From NCBI RefSeq assembly GCF_035594765.1, contig NC_085843.1, forward strand, positions 119,885,971-119,949,970: a stretch of DNA of 64,000 nt, read 5' to 3'. Made by a program: the position numbers and the translations under genes. The notes beneath the pieces are model-generated. The model did not search any database. It saw only the letters and a program-made list of their open reading frames with translations, and was not told where the DNA came from. This document shows, in pieces, positions 11,900 to 24,082 of this stretch (the first letter of the stretch is position 1; each line of letters opens with the position of its first letter). The stretch comes from Anolis carolinensis (Eukaryota).

Positions 11900-12720
11900 G
11901 AAGCTTAATCTAGATGAGACAGACATGCTCTTGATCATTTGAAAAGCAGCTATGGAACAGGGTTAGAGCCTGTGCTGGATGGAGTCACACTCTTCCTGAA
12001 GAGGTGGGTTCAGGAGTTTGGTGTATTCATGGATTCAGTCCTGAGCCTACAGGCCCAATTTCAGGAGAGGTGGCCTTCAGTGTGTTTGCTGCTGTAGTTA
12101 GCCTACTAACTGCCCCTGCTTCTGGAAATGTTTGATTTAGACACAGTGACATTTGTCTTAGTTACATCCTATTGGGATTACTATGACACATCATGCAGGA
12201 GCTGTCTTTGAAAAATGCTCAGAAAATTCCTCTGGCCCAAATAGCTATAGCCAGACAGTTAACCAAGATTGACTAATAATAGCACCGGATTATCTTCTTA
12301 AAATAGCACCACTAGTCTGTTTCTGAACAAAATTCAAACTGCTGATTATTCTCTATAAGCCTCTTTGTGAGCACATTTCTTGAAGCTAACGTCTTCACAG
12401 GCACATCTGGTGGGAACCCAAGACAAAGCCTTCTCAGTGGTTGCTCCCTCCCTAACAAAGCTAAGATTTTTTTTTCTTGTTATCTCCTCATCAGAAAGTG
12501 AAAAATGCCCTTTTTGACACATTTTTGGGAAATGAGTGTAAGGGCCTTAATTGTGTATTGTTTCATTGCTATTTAATCTTTCAACTTTTTAATTGATTTT
12601 TAAAAATGGTTCTGAGCTTATGGATCATTTACTTTCACATTAATTAGATTAAAAAATTGGTGCCTTTATCTGTATTTTAAAAAAATAAAAAAACAAAGTC
12701 CCAAGCTGGGGAAAAGCTGG
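11900..12720 (+). mobile_element. Old degraded L2 LINE 3' fragment
   Basis: Patchy similarity to the L2 at 34340 (ctggatggagtcacactc, gccttctcagtggttgctccc). Confidence 0.55.
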
Positions 12721-12790
12721 GATAGACATTAAACGTTAATAATAATGAATTAAATAATAGACATTACATAATAATATGAATTTTAAAAAT

Positions 12791-13034
12791 CGTGTCAGAA
12801 GTTGCTTCTGGTGTGAGAGAATTGGCTGTCTCCAGAGACGTTGCCCAGGGGACATCAGGATGTGTTACCATCCCGGTGGGAGGCTTCTCTCATGATCCCG
12901 CTAACTAGAGCAGACAGGTGGGAGCTCACCCTGTCTCACGGATTCGAACCAGCAACCTTCAGGTCAGCAACCCAACCTTCAGGTCAGAAGTTCAGTCAGC
13001 ACAAGGGTTTAACCCACTGCACCATCATGGCTCC
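12791..13034 (-). mobile_element. tRNA-derived Anolis-type SINE
   Basis: B box (ggttcgaatcc) on the minus strand; homologous to 55817-56048 (+) and 27629-27740. Confidence 0.8.
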
Positions 13035-15059
13035 CTATAATAATATGAATAATAATGAGGAAACAGAAGATGTGTATAGAAAGAAAATGACTAATTACCT
13101 TGGCACTTGAAAAAAACACATCGCAATATGACCAGTATATTAAAAACATAGAAGGAAACCTGAGGAGGGGAACATCTGTAAATGGTGATAAAATGAACAT
13201 AGAAACTAAATGCCTCGTTTTTGTGTGGAATAGGTGCTTCAAATAAATAGTATCAAGGCAAATACTGAAAAAATAGATATTGTTGGTAAAGCTCATCTAT
13301 GTAAAGAAAAAATATGAAAATATTGACTGCCTTATTAACATGATAGAGTTGATACAATATTCATTGGTATCTATATCAAAATATGATCTGTCATCCTAAA
13401 AAAAATGGTGGAAACCTATGCCTGAAAATGCTGACATAAAATCCCATAGGTCTCTAAGACAGACAAATAAGAACTTAACATCCCTGATAAAACTGTTTAG
13501 AAAGGAGGAAAGCTTGAATTTTAGTTGTGGTAATTCAAAGACAAAGAGAATAAAGATTATGAACGATTGAGACAGAAATACGGAGATTCTGGGAAAAGAA
13601 AACAAAAAAATCACATGGCTCCACTAGTGATATTTTTCTGGGATCAGATCCAAATGAATTGAAAACCCCCATCTGAATGAATTCACCATAGATAGGATCA
13701 AAATAAGATAATAACAAAATGTGACACTGTTTGTAATGTGCCACATCATCTGACAATATTTTACTGCTAGAACCCAAATCATTGACGGTCCAATATTCCA
13801 GTAAGTACTACCTGATATATTGTGAGACCAATAGTGGTGATTTCAAGAAATAAGTATAAATTCTTCTGAGCATGGAAACCAATAATCCTCCTATTTGGAA
13901 TATATTGACACAAAGAGTTCTATGAAGGAACTCTAGAACACTCCTGACTCCTGTACATGAACCTTGCTTGCTGTGATTTAGATTAGATGCAAAAATATAA
14001 CTCTTCTGTTCCCTCCCACACGAAATGACTTATTGCAGTTCCCATAAGCCTTACCTGCAGAGTCCATGGTGAGTGAAGATATGTGTTACATTCTAACATC
14101 TGGGCTGTGCAAACACTAGTCTATACTCTTTATACCATTACAGGACAGAATGTGGCTCCTTTAACTTTATTCTTTGAAATGATGGCAATTGAGATTATCT
14201 TTCCAATTCCAGCTGTGTGGTTAAACGATGTGCTTTTGCATGGAAAGAAACACATAAATGAAACACATCGTATGTATATATACTCAGATGAAGGTGGAAA
14301 CTGAGACACAAGCTGTAATGCCAAGCAAAACCCTTTTCATTCAGGTGTGGGCTGAGTTTATTATTATTATTATTATTATTATTTTGACATGGAGAGATGG
14401 AAACCAAACCAGCACAACTGTACTGAAACATATGACTCATTCTTACACAAATAGATGTATCTTTCTAAACATTTTCATATGATCAGTGCTCACAGTTAAT
14501 ACTAACACTATTGCAACAGAATTTCCTCAATTGGTCTATTGTCTTGGTACTGTTCAGTTTGTATTAATTTAACCTGCACTTCTGTATATTTTTTCAGCTT
14601 TGTACATTTGTTTTTATCCCTTCCTCAGACTACCAATGGAACGGAGAACATCTTCTGTTGAAAATGTGAACACTTGACAGACTTGCGACGTATTACAAAT
14701 AGAGAAGAAAAAATGTGACTAAATTTTATTGTTTGTCTCAGCTGGAGTTGGGACATTAAATCAATTAGATTTACTTAAGTGTTGATTCATCATTTAGCAA
14801 TTAATTCAATTAGTTGGGACTAATCAACATGGTTCCAACCTAAGTGAACAGCTACATAAACAAGTAAAAAAAAGATGGAAAATTAAAAAAGACATCTGAG
14901 AACAAAATTCCTACCTTTTTCACATTACTAATTTACAGTAAATAAACTGGTTTGTTCCTACAGTCCATCCTCCTTCAGCACAGTTCCTTCAATATATTTT
15001 GTTTTGCAAGTTCCCTATTACTCCAAGTAAGCATGGCTAATTATGGTGTGTATATGATT

Positions 15060-15250
15060 GTTTGTTCATGCCTTCAAGTTGGCTGTTGACTTAGGGCCAC
15101 CCCATAAATTTCACATGGTTTTCTTTGGCAAGAAATACGCAGAGGTGGTTTTGCCAATTCCTTTCTCTGAAATGTAGCCTACAACACCTGGTATTCATTG
15201 GCCAACCAGGACTGACCCTGCTTAGCTTCCATAATGGGAACTGGTGCCTT
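15060..15250 (-). mobile_element. 5S-derived SINE remnant
   Basis: gcctacaacacctggtattc...ccctgcttagcttcc is reverse-complement 5S-like sequence. Confidence 0.55.
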
Positions 15251-17951
15251 TGTTAGTTTAATGGAAAAATAAATCATTTGGTTGTTCATCAAGAGTGGAA
15301 ATACTGCTTTAGTCAACAGAGGGAAATCTATGGATGAAAGCAATGGCTAAATATGTTTTAAAAAGGACATTTGGTGAGGTCTAATATCATCCAACTCCTT
15401 TTATTCTTGGAATAAGCTCTTGCTCAGAGTCTAATTCTAGTCTCCACACCCAGCGCTGATGATAGCTTGAAAGAAAGCATCTTAAAAACAACAGAAAAGA
15501 AATGTAATGTATCTGTACTCCACATTCTTATTACAAGCATTATAACAAAGTTAGGCTTAAAGGTAACTCAAATGAAAAGTTCTGAAGCCTAGAAAATCCA
15601 TGAATGGTTTGGCCTTAAACAGTACCTTTGAACCTTACAGTTCAATGGAACAGTAATTTTATAGCTTAGGTGAAGCAATTCACATTACAATGTTAATGAT
15701 ATTTCTGCATCTTCTCTTTGGCAGATTTCAAAGAGAATGAGCCCTGTTATAGAACCTAGACAGAAAAGGCTGGCTTGGACTAATAGGCAAAATTTTTAGA
15801 AGATTTAGGACATATCTGCTGTTGTTAGTCAATCCCCAGCCAACATACATTAGAGAGAGAGAGAGAGAAAAAAAACATTGCTGAGGATGTGGCTGATCCA
15901 AATATTTGCTTTTGAGAGATGCAGTAAGCTGCAATTTCACATAAAAGAGTCACTGCCTATTTTAAGAATGGATGAGTTAACTGCAAAGCGATGGATGTTA
16001 CTCTTAGATATTTTCCTGTATTGCTTTGGACTGTCTCAATAGGAAATCCATACCCCTTGAAAGGTTGTCTCAAATTCAATTTCAAATATGTTTCCCTCAC
16101 ATCAAAATAGATTCATTTAGTTTCCCAATTTTCCAGCAAAATAAATGCAACCGTCTTGTAAAAAAATTATAAAATAGTAATGTCTTCCCAAGCAGAAACA
16201 AAGATCTAAACTTATTTAGAATGTAATTTGAAAAATTGAAAAAGAACAAACACAGGAATTGGCAATGAACAGTGTAATCTGAAACATATGTAATCAGCTA
16301 TAAAAGCTGTCATGGTTGTAATCGGAATCACACCAATTAAAGTTTGTAACCCTCTTGAATACATATTGAAGGTAAGTGGGAAGGATTTGGATAGAGTGAT
16401 GTGGCCCAACATTCACATCTCCATCTACTGAAGTTAAAGATATTTTCACATCCCTGGACAGAGGAAGTATAAGGCAATTTCTAGAGGCAATAATATTTCC
16501 AACTCTACCTACCTTTTGCTTGAGTATTGCTCTGGAATTTCACACAATATACTTACTATACAAATTCTTTGTTCCTTTTATCCATTGTTAAGCTAAGCCA
16601 CACACAGACATTTACTTTGGAAATTATTCCTTTGAGTCCCCTTTTCTTGTGCTATAGGTCTTTTTAGTTACTTTCCTTTCCACTGCTCTGAATAGTGTGG
16701 GTTTAGTTACATTTGTCTGACAATAAAGGCCAGATTGTAACCTTGCTCACTTGTCCATAGGAAGGGGCAGTGCCTAACTGTTCTGCATGAAACACAAAGA
16801 AGGGACTCTGCTACAAATGAGAGTAATGAGCAGGCCTTCCTTCCCTTTCCCACCTTCCTTCTGTAGGCAATGCCATACTGAACCCTGGCAAAGCTTAGTT
16901 CACTGCAGGATGCAAGCCTGTATTGTGCCTAACGCTAGCTCTGATCCCACACAGTAACGTCAAGGGAGTTATTCTTCCATTTGTTTCTGCCTCTACTAGT
17001 TGCGGGCAATGAGATGAATGCCAACAAGGCTGGGGGGAATGATTCAAAGTCCTCCCCTCTGTGCAAAATAAAGCAACCAGGGCTCAGGATGACAGGGATA
17101 GTTGTGCCGAATAAAGGGCTTTCAGCAAATGCAGATTTTTCCAGTCCAGCATCACAAGCTGCCCAATAATTATAAGGATCCCAAAGTCAAATAGGACCAA
17201 CCAAATTGTGTCAAAAGTATGTCCATTTTTGCACTTTTGAGACAATTCCACAAAAGAGGCTGGTGGCTCTGGGGTCAGTGGCATGTAGCATTCACTCCAG
17301 AATTTAGTGTAAATGTCAGAAAATGCTGAATATACACTTTTTTTTAGATACAGGGTTCAGTAGTTTGTATGTCTTCTTTCAAGTCTGGACCAAAACCTAG
17401 TATGGATTCACTACCTTACTGACATCGAAGTCACCAGGCTCTTCTGAATTTTGATTAGTCCAAAAAAAGGTATAACTTGCCTCTGATTTTTTTCTCTCTC
17501 ATGGATGACACACTTCAATGTTAGTGGAAATGATACAAGACCCTTGGCTATTTCTTCATCTTTGGGGCACACGAGATATGGTTCATTATGTTATGCAATA
17601 TTTGAGATCAAGATCATATTCAATTTCCAAAAAATCTAGAATTCTTCAGACTGTAGCTGAGGGCCTGATATTAAATTTTGCGAGACACATACCTAATTTT
17701 GAGTTTTAAAAAGGATAATAACAAGACCTTAATGAATTGTTGGAGTTGTTTTGTCTATCATGTTTTTCATCATGTATTAGAGTCTCATAGATGAATATAT
17801 GTATGTGTAGAATTAGTTTTTTGATATTACCTAGTTTGCTGCCTTGAAACTCCAGATATGTGGCAAAAGTATCTTTAATTAATTTGTAATTTCTTTACAG
17901 TAAGAATAATATGGGAGTGGAATGAACTACCTAGGTATTTTGGAGGGGCTT

Positions 17952-18493
17952 TGTTAGTGATTCCTCTTCTTCAGAAGAGGAAGGGGAGCAGGAAAGTGTT
18001 CATGAGTCAGAGAGGGAGTTGGAATCTGAGGAGGAGATTTTGCAAATACCCACATTTCAGGAAAGGCGAAAGGAAACAGAGCAGAGATGTCGTTCAGCTA
18101 GAATAGCTGCCTGAAATGCAGCTGAGTAATTGGGAACCGCCCTAGCAGCTGTGGGGGAATTCAGGGCTATAAATCAGAAGCAGGTGCAGTCAGCTTTTGC
18201 TGGTAACAAACTGACTCTAATGCCTAAGCCTTTGCTCCCTTTGTGCCTGCTTTGAGTCTGCATCTGGGAAACTGCTCCTAATGATTTATTGCTGTTTCTT
18301 TGTCAGAAGTAAGACTGCTACTTGATTTGGGAATTTATCAGAAACTTAAGAACTGTGTTTGCCCTAAGACTTCCTTGCTTTCTTTTGCATCATACCACTG
18401 AGTGTGCTGTTCTTTATGTTTTACTGAAGTAAAGCAGTTTTCATTTACTCACCACACTGTTTTAAGGCTGTTCTTGAAAGACAAAACAGGACA
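17952..18493 (+). mobile_element. Solo LTR (542 bp), probably Gypsy-like
   Basis: TGTT...GACA ends; perfect 5-bp TSD ggctt (17947-17951, 18494-18498); TATAAA at ~18168; AGTAAA poly(A)-like signal at ~18428. Confidence 0.85.
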
Positions 18494-18824
18494 GGCTTTT
18501 CCTTAGTGGCAATATTCAATCAGAAACTGGACATCCATGTGCTGGCCATATTTTTGCTCTGGATCTCATGCACAGAGGTAGTGGTAGTACTACATAGCCC
18601 ACAAGATCCTTTCCAACTTGATAATATTCCAAAAGAAAATATTTCTTCCACCCTTGACATTGGGGAAGAGTAACTGCAATATCTGGGCTCCAGAAAAGAG
18701 TAGGAAGAGGTACTAGGACATAGGCCTGAATCCAACTACAATAGATCTATCAGCTCAACAGAACTTGCATTCGTTGTTGATTTACTACATTAGCACATTA
18801 GATTTGGCCCTGGGGTTGCATTAG

Positions 18825-19010
18825 GACTGCAGGAGACCAGACTTCAAATCCCCATTCAGGCATGAAAACCCACTGGGTGATATTCGGCAAATGTCACTCT
18901 CTCTCAGTCATACAGGAAGGCAATAACAAACCACCTCTGAGTAAATCTTGCAAATAAAACTCTAGGATAGGGTTTGGATGAGTCCAGATTGACATGAAGG
19001 CACACCTTAA
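18825..19010 (+). mobile_element. Old MIR-like tRNA SINE (relatives at ~25570-25740, 55275-55460, 6245-6400 minus)
   Basis: ggagaccag..ttcaaatccc...catgaaaacccactgggtga core recurs in the window. Confidence 0.55.
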
Positions 19011-19509
19011 CAACATTTTTTTTGCCGGGGGGGGGGGGGGGGGATAATCCTGGTGCCCAGAATTTACCATACATTGCCCACAATAGTTGTGCATTGAATC
19101 AAAATAGCAGTAGTGCTGGTGGGTATTGCAGTCATTTGTGCCAGCAGTATTGCCATTCCTTCAAAGGACTGGCACAGGTCCTGCATGCCTCCTTTGCTCT
19201 ATGTCACCAAAGGCAGATATTGAAAGACTTGAAAGAAGACTTAGGATACCAAACCACACAGATTGTCTATTATCAGGTTGAGGCTGCTTGAACATGAAGT
19301 GCCAATAATCTGCTAATATATTTTCTTGACTGCTTTTTAAAACCACGGTGCCAGCATTGATCTGGGTAAACAATATAGGTGCAGCAGCTGTTTGCATATG
19401 GAATGGTTAGGAAAACCTGGTGTTTTCTATATAGAAATTCATCACAAAAAAGCAAGACATAAAGTAAAATATTTTGAAACATTATTCTGGAATGTAGGGT
19501 TTTATAGTT

Positions 19510-19510
<1 letters not shown>

Positions 19511-19558
<48 letters not shown>
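19511..19558. repeat. (AAT)n microsatellite
   Basis: Directly visible. Confidence 0.95.
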
Positions 19559-19560
<2 letters not shown>

Positions 19561-21787
19561 TAATTTGTTACCCACCTCTACTTTTGATAGCCACAAATCC
19601 AAACCCACTTGTTCGATACATGGCATGATCTAATGCTGTGTGTAGCACACACAACAAGAAAGTGGTCATCCCTGGGCTATTGGAAGTATAATTAAATGTT
19701 AAAGCCCCCGAGGGCTTTTAAAAAGGCCTTTCAAACTGTTGTTTAAACCTAAGCAAATAAACTTGATTTTGACTTGACATTTACACAGGGACCCGAAGAT
19801 CCCCCAGGAGAACAATCTCTGTCAATTTCTGTTTCATGTTTCTTTTTGGGACCCTGAAGTCAATCCTGATTCTATTGACCCTTCTCTCGGGTCATTCATT
19901 TCCACTTGGCTTCGATGAGTGGGGATTTCTCAGGTTCCTGTGGGGTGTCTTTCAGCCTAACTGAGGCAACCTTTGAGGAGGCACCCAGGGAAGAGCCTTT
20001 TATCATCTGGATCTAAGATGTGGGGAGCGGTTTAGTAAAGTGGACCGATTCCAAATGTCATTTTTTCTTTGCCTGAGATGCAACCCTCTGTTCTTAGGTA
20101 CAGCTTCGGCTCAGTCTAACGGCAGGGAAATGGCACAGACTGCATGCACAGGGAAGCTCAACTCTGCTGGATAATTATCTGTGTTCTACCAAATGATGTT
20201 AGAAAGGAAGGAAGAAAGAAAGAAAGAATGCAATCATCTGAATTTTACAGAGCCTTTTCACCCCCCACACAGGTAATGTATTCTCCAAATGTATTCATTA
20301 GGTTAAGAATGACATTTTTTCTGGTGAATGTAAGATGATAAGAATACTTAGCATTTATATAGCATTTTTAAATGTTCAAAGCAATTCACAGAGATAAGCA
20401 TTTTCTTGTGCTTAATTGTGAGCCTAATGAACACATTGGGAGAATACTTTGTAGGTGAAATTACTCAGAAATGTATTTTTGTACAGGAGGGTTATGTAGT
20501 CTAAGGGCCACTTCAAATGTTATGTTTTCCTACATGGGGTGCACTTCTATTGAAGAAAGAAGCATACAAATTAAGTATAAATCACCAATGCTTCGAATCG
20601 TTTGCCTGAAGGAACATGTTATTCCTCTGGCTGGTGGATTTGGGGGAATTCTAGTGTGAAAAGTAACCTTTCCAGGCATTGTGACACCCCCACCTTCCCT
20701 TACAAATGACTTGCAGTATATAGGAGGAAAAACATAAAAATGTATATGACATGATTTTTTATTGACAGTATATACTATTAAAGTGAATTGAGTCACTTAG
20801 AAATGATTGCATTAGCTTTTGTTGTCAACAAATGCAAGGCATAGCACAAATAAATAATGTCTGGAACTGTCAACCAATTCAAAGAATCCCCTGTCTTTTT
20901 TCATTCATCATTCATTTTGTCATAGATTAATTCGTGGTCGAGATCCTACACTAAGGCTACATAGTATATAACACCAAATGTGGAGTTACACAACCTTTTG
21001 TGTTAAACAGCAGAGTTGCCAAGTAAACACACACTCAGATGTGCAACTGAATTCACAACCAAATGTATTCATGCGCACCTGCGTGAGCAATTGCCAAGCA
21101 TTCACAGCTCTGGTTTCATAGCCTTGAACTGAAAGCTGACATTCCACATTGTACACAAATGTCCAACCACTTCTTTTGGAGAATGACAGAACAACAGAGT
21201 TCTAGTTCACAAGGGTTAATTCACTGGGATACTATTCCCTCCAATGAAGTGCATTTTTGAAATACTGAAGGAGGTGTAAGATAGCTTATGCTTTTTTAAA
21301 CATTCTTCGTAATCTCATTGCTAGAAAAAAACCCCTATCTTTAATATTTGCTGGTTCATTTCTTTTTGCAATAACTCACAGTGTGAAAAAATGAATGAAT
21401 ATGCTCTTAATCCATAGTCCACAGATCACAATCTCTCATAATTAAGTGAAAGTTTTATTTGATTAACTTGCTGATTAAACCAATATACAGACACTCAGGT
21501 ATACTTTAACCAGTTATTATGTTTGATAAGGCTGCCCCCATGGGTATACAAGAGATCCACTTAATTGAGAGTGGAATTGACCCTCCAAAAGTTGGACTAC
21601 AATTCCCATTGCATTCTGATATTGCCATGCTGGCAAAGTCTCATGGGAGCTGCACCCAACAATCTGGAGGGGAGCATAAATTCCTCAACCCTGTCCTAGA
21701 AGTTAAAGGATATTACTATTTTTAGGAACACTGATTGGCTGTTCTGCTGTCTAAGACATCCAAGGTATTTCTCCATGTTCTACTATA

Positions 21788-22095
21788 AAGGTAAAGGTAA
21801 AGGTGTTCCTTTGACATTAAGTCTAGTCATGTCCGACTCTGGGGGTTGGTGCTCATTTCCATTTCTAAGTCCGTAGACACTTGCAAGGTCATGTGGCCGG
21901 CATGACTGCATGGAGCACTGTTACCTTCCCATTAAAACGGTACCTATTGATCAACTCACATTTGCATGGTTTCAAACTGCTAGGTTGGCAGAAGCTGGGG
22001 CTAACAGCAGGAGCTTATGGATTCGAACCTCCGACATTTTGGTCAACAAGTTCAGCAGCTCAGACCGTTTAACCCACTGCACCACTGGGGGCTCC
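21788..22095 (-). mobile_element. Sauria SINE, both ends present, small internal deletions
   Basis: (ACCTTT)n tail on the minus strand; 8-bp TSD ctactata (21780-21787, 22096-22103). Confidence 0.9.
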
Positions 22096-23948
22096 CTACT
22101 ATAGCCCTTCAAAAAAAAGCTCACTGGATACACCATCTTAGATATGAACAAGATAGCAGAGCATCAACAGCTTCCATTTTCATTTTAGCTGTTTTCTTTC
22201 TCAAGAGATTGTCCATGTCTACACCTAAAGGGTGCTTCATCAGTTTTTGTGTGTGTATGAACAGACTTAAGGAAGACTACAGCAGAAGGTTTAGTAGATT
22301 GTAACCTGCTTCATTACTGGTCAGATAAAAAAAAAAACACATTGTAGATTCCTATGTCTCATATATGTGTGTGTTTGTGTATATATGCTGATTTACTCAG
22401 AGAGAAATAGTAAAACAGATGTCATGAAGAATTTTACATATAATGAGGAGGAAGCCAAATGTGGATGCCTCAAGAAAACTCAGGTAACAAAATTGTGACA
22501 AAGAACAAATTGATTTCCATATCATATTGGAAGAGAGAAAAGTACAGGGGATTATATAACTTGCACTAAAGCATATAAAAGCAAGTGAAATCCTCCATTG
22601 GACTAAGTCTGTGGGAAATATAGAACATTCACAAACAATTGCATTAGGCATTCGATTTTATCCTGAAAAATCATTAATTAAGCATAAAAGCATTTTCTTC
22701 AGCATATACTCAGATTGCATACTTCTAATACTCCAGTTGTTATACATGGAAATTGAATGGCACAACATTGATATAGAAGTAGGACACTTCATATCGGCTA
22801 GCTATAGGTTTGGGCTTTGGTTCTGATCTTTGAATGCATTCTGGTTTTTAATCTGAATTGTAATGGAGATAGCCAGGATGTTTAATTGTATTTCCCAAAT
22901 AGGCTTAATACCAGAGTTAAAACCCAGAGTGCAGCACTGGCCCAAAACTTCTAGAATGCCTCAGTTGCCTATTTTCATTATGGATTTTGCATGTTGGCCT
23001 GTCAATTTGAGCTGCTTGCCAAATTCCAGCTGCAGGCTTCAATACATCTAGTCACTAGTGTGCTGAAAAACATAACAACATGACATGAGCACAACCCATG
23101 GGAGCATTTGGGTTGCACAGCTATTGCAAAACGTCTAAAACAGAGTAGACACACTTTCAATCTGTCACTTAGAGAAGCCTTATCAGTTCAGCTTATTCTT
23201 GCCATATGTTGATATGTATGGAAAATCTTACAGTCCCTCTCAACTTGGCAGCTTACGAAGGACTTGGCATACCCACTACCTTAACTCCCTTCATATACCT
23301 GATAGCACACATTTGCTGAACAATATACATCTTAACATGCCTTCATTTATGTCACTGGTGATTTTGGCCAAGAGGCATCCCAGAGAGCTATTCAGGGCAG
23401 GTGTGAATACAATTCTTAGATTTGTCTTAATACAAAGAAATTACATAGTACTGTCAATGCTGCTGCTGAGGTACTGCATAAATGTCTGAAGCAAATAACT
23501 ATACTTATTATGATGAATTCCAGTCTTTGACCTTAATAGCTACCTTTTTGCAGCTAATAAAGTTGTGAAGCTTTTATGCAGAAAATATAAACCAGGCATC
23601 CTAACATTTACACATGAATAAATGGATGTTGGTGAGTTCAGTACTCTTGCTTAAGGCTCAGAAATTCAACACACAGATGCATGGTCAAGGTACAACATCA
23701 AGCTGGAAAATCATATTGAGAGATATAAACTGGGCAATGACTAAGACTTCTACCCTCATCTATAGCATGTGTGGACTGTCTCGTCTTTTATTCTGGGAGA
23801 AAAGGATATACATTAAATCAATCGATCACATGTTATTGTCATGTAAAGACTTAGGATGGAACTGAATCTGTTCTTGCAATCACCAGTCTTTCAGGGAAAA
23901 GGTATAGGTGTTTGAGAAGCTGCAATACTTGTGGCTCACATGCTAGTG

Positions 23949-24082
23949 CAGGCCTGGGCAAACTTAGGCCCTCCAGGTGTTTTGGACTTCAACTCCTACA
24001 ATTCCTAACAGCTGATAGGCTGTTAGGAATTGTGGGAGTTGAAGTCCAAAACACCTGGAGGGTCCAAGTTTGCACAGGCCTG
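23949..24082. mobile_element. hAT palindromic MITE
   Basis: Almost fully self-complementary; TIR caggcctg; perfect 8-bp TSD tgctagtg. Confidence 0.92.

Noticed and set aside
13050-13920. A-rich segment that may be a decayed L1-like ORF2
   Set aside because: Only faint motif hints (PIILLFGI); too degraded to call
23949-24082. Long hairpin resembling a pre-miRNA
   Set aside because: Fully explained as a hAT MITE with an 8-bp TSD
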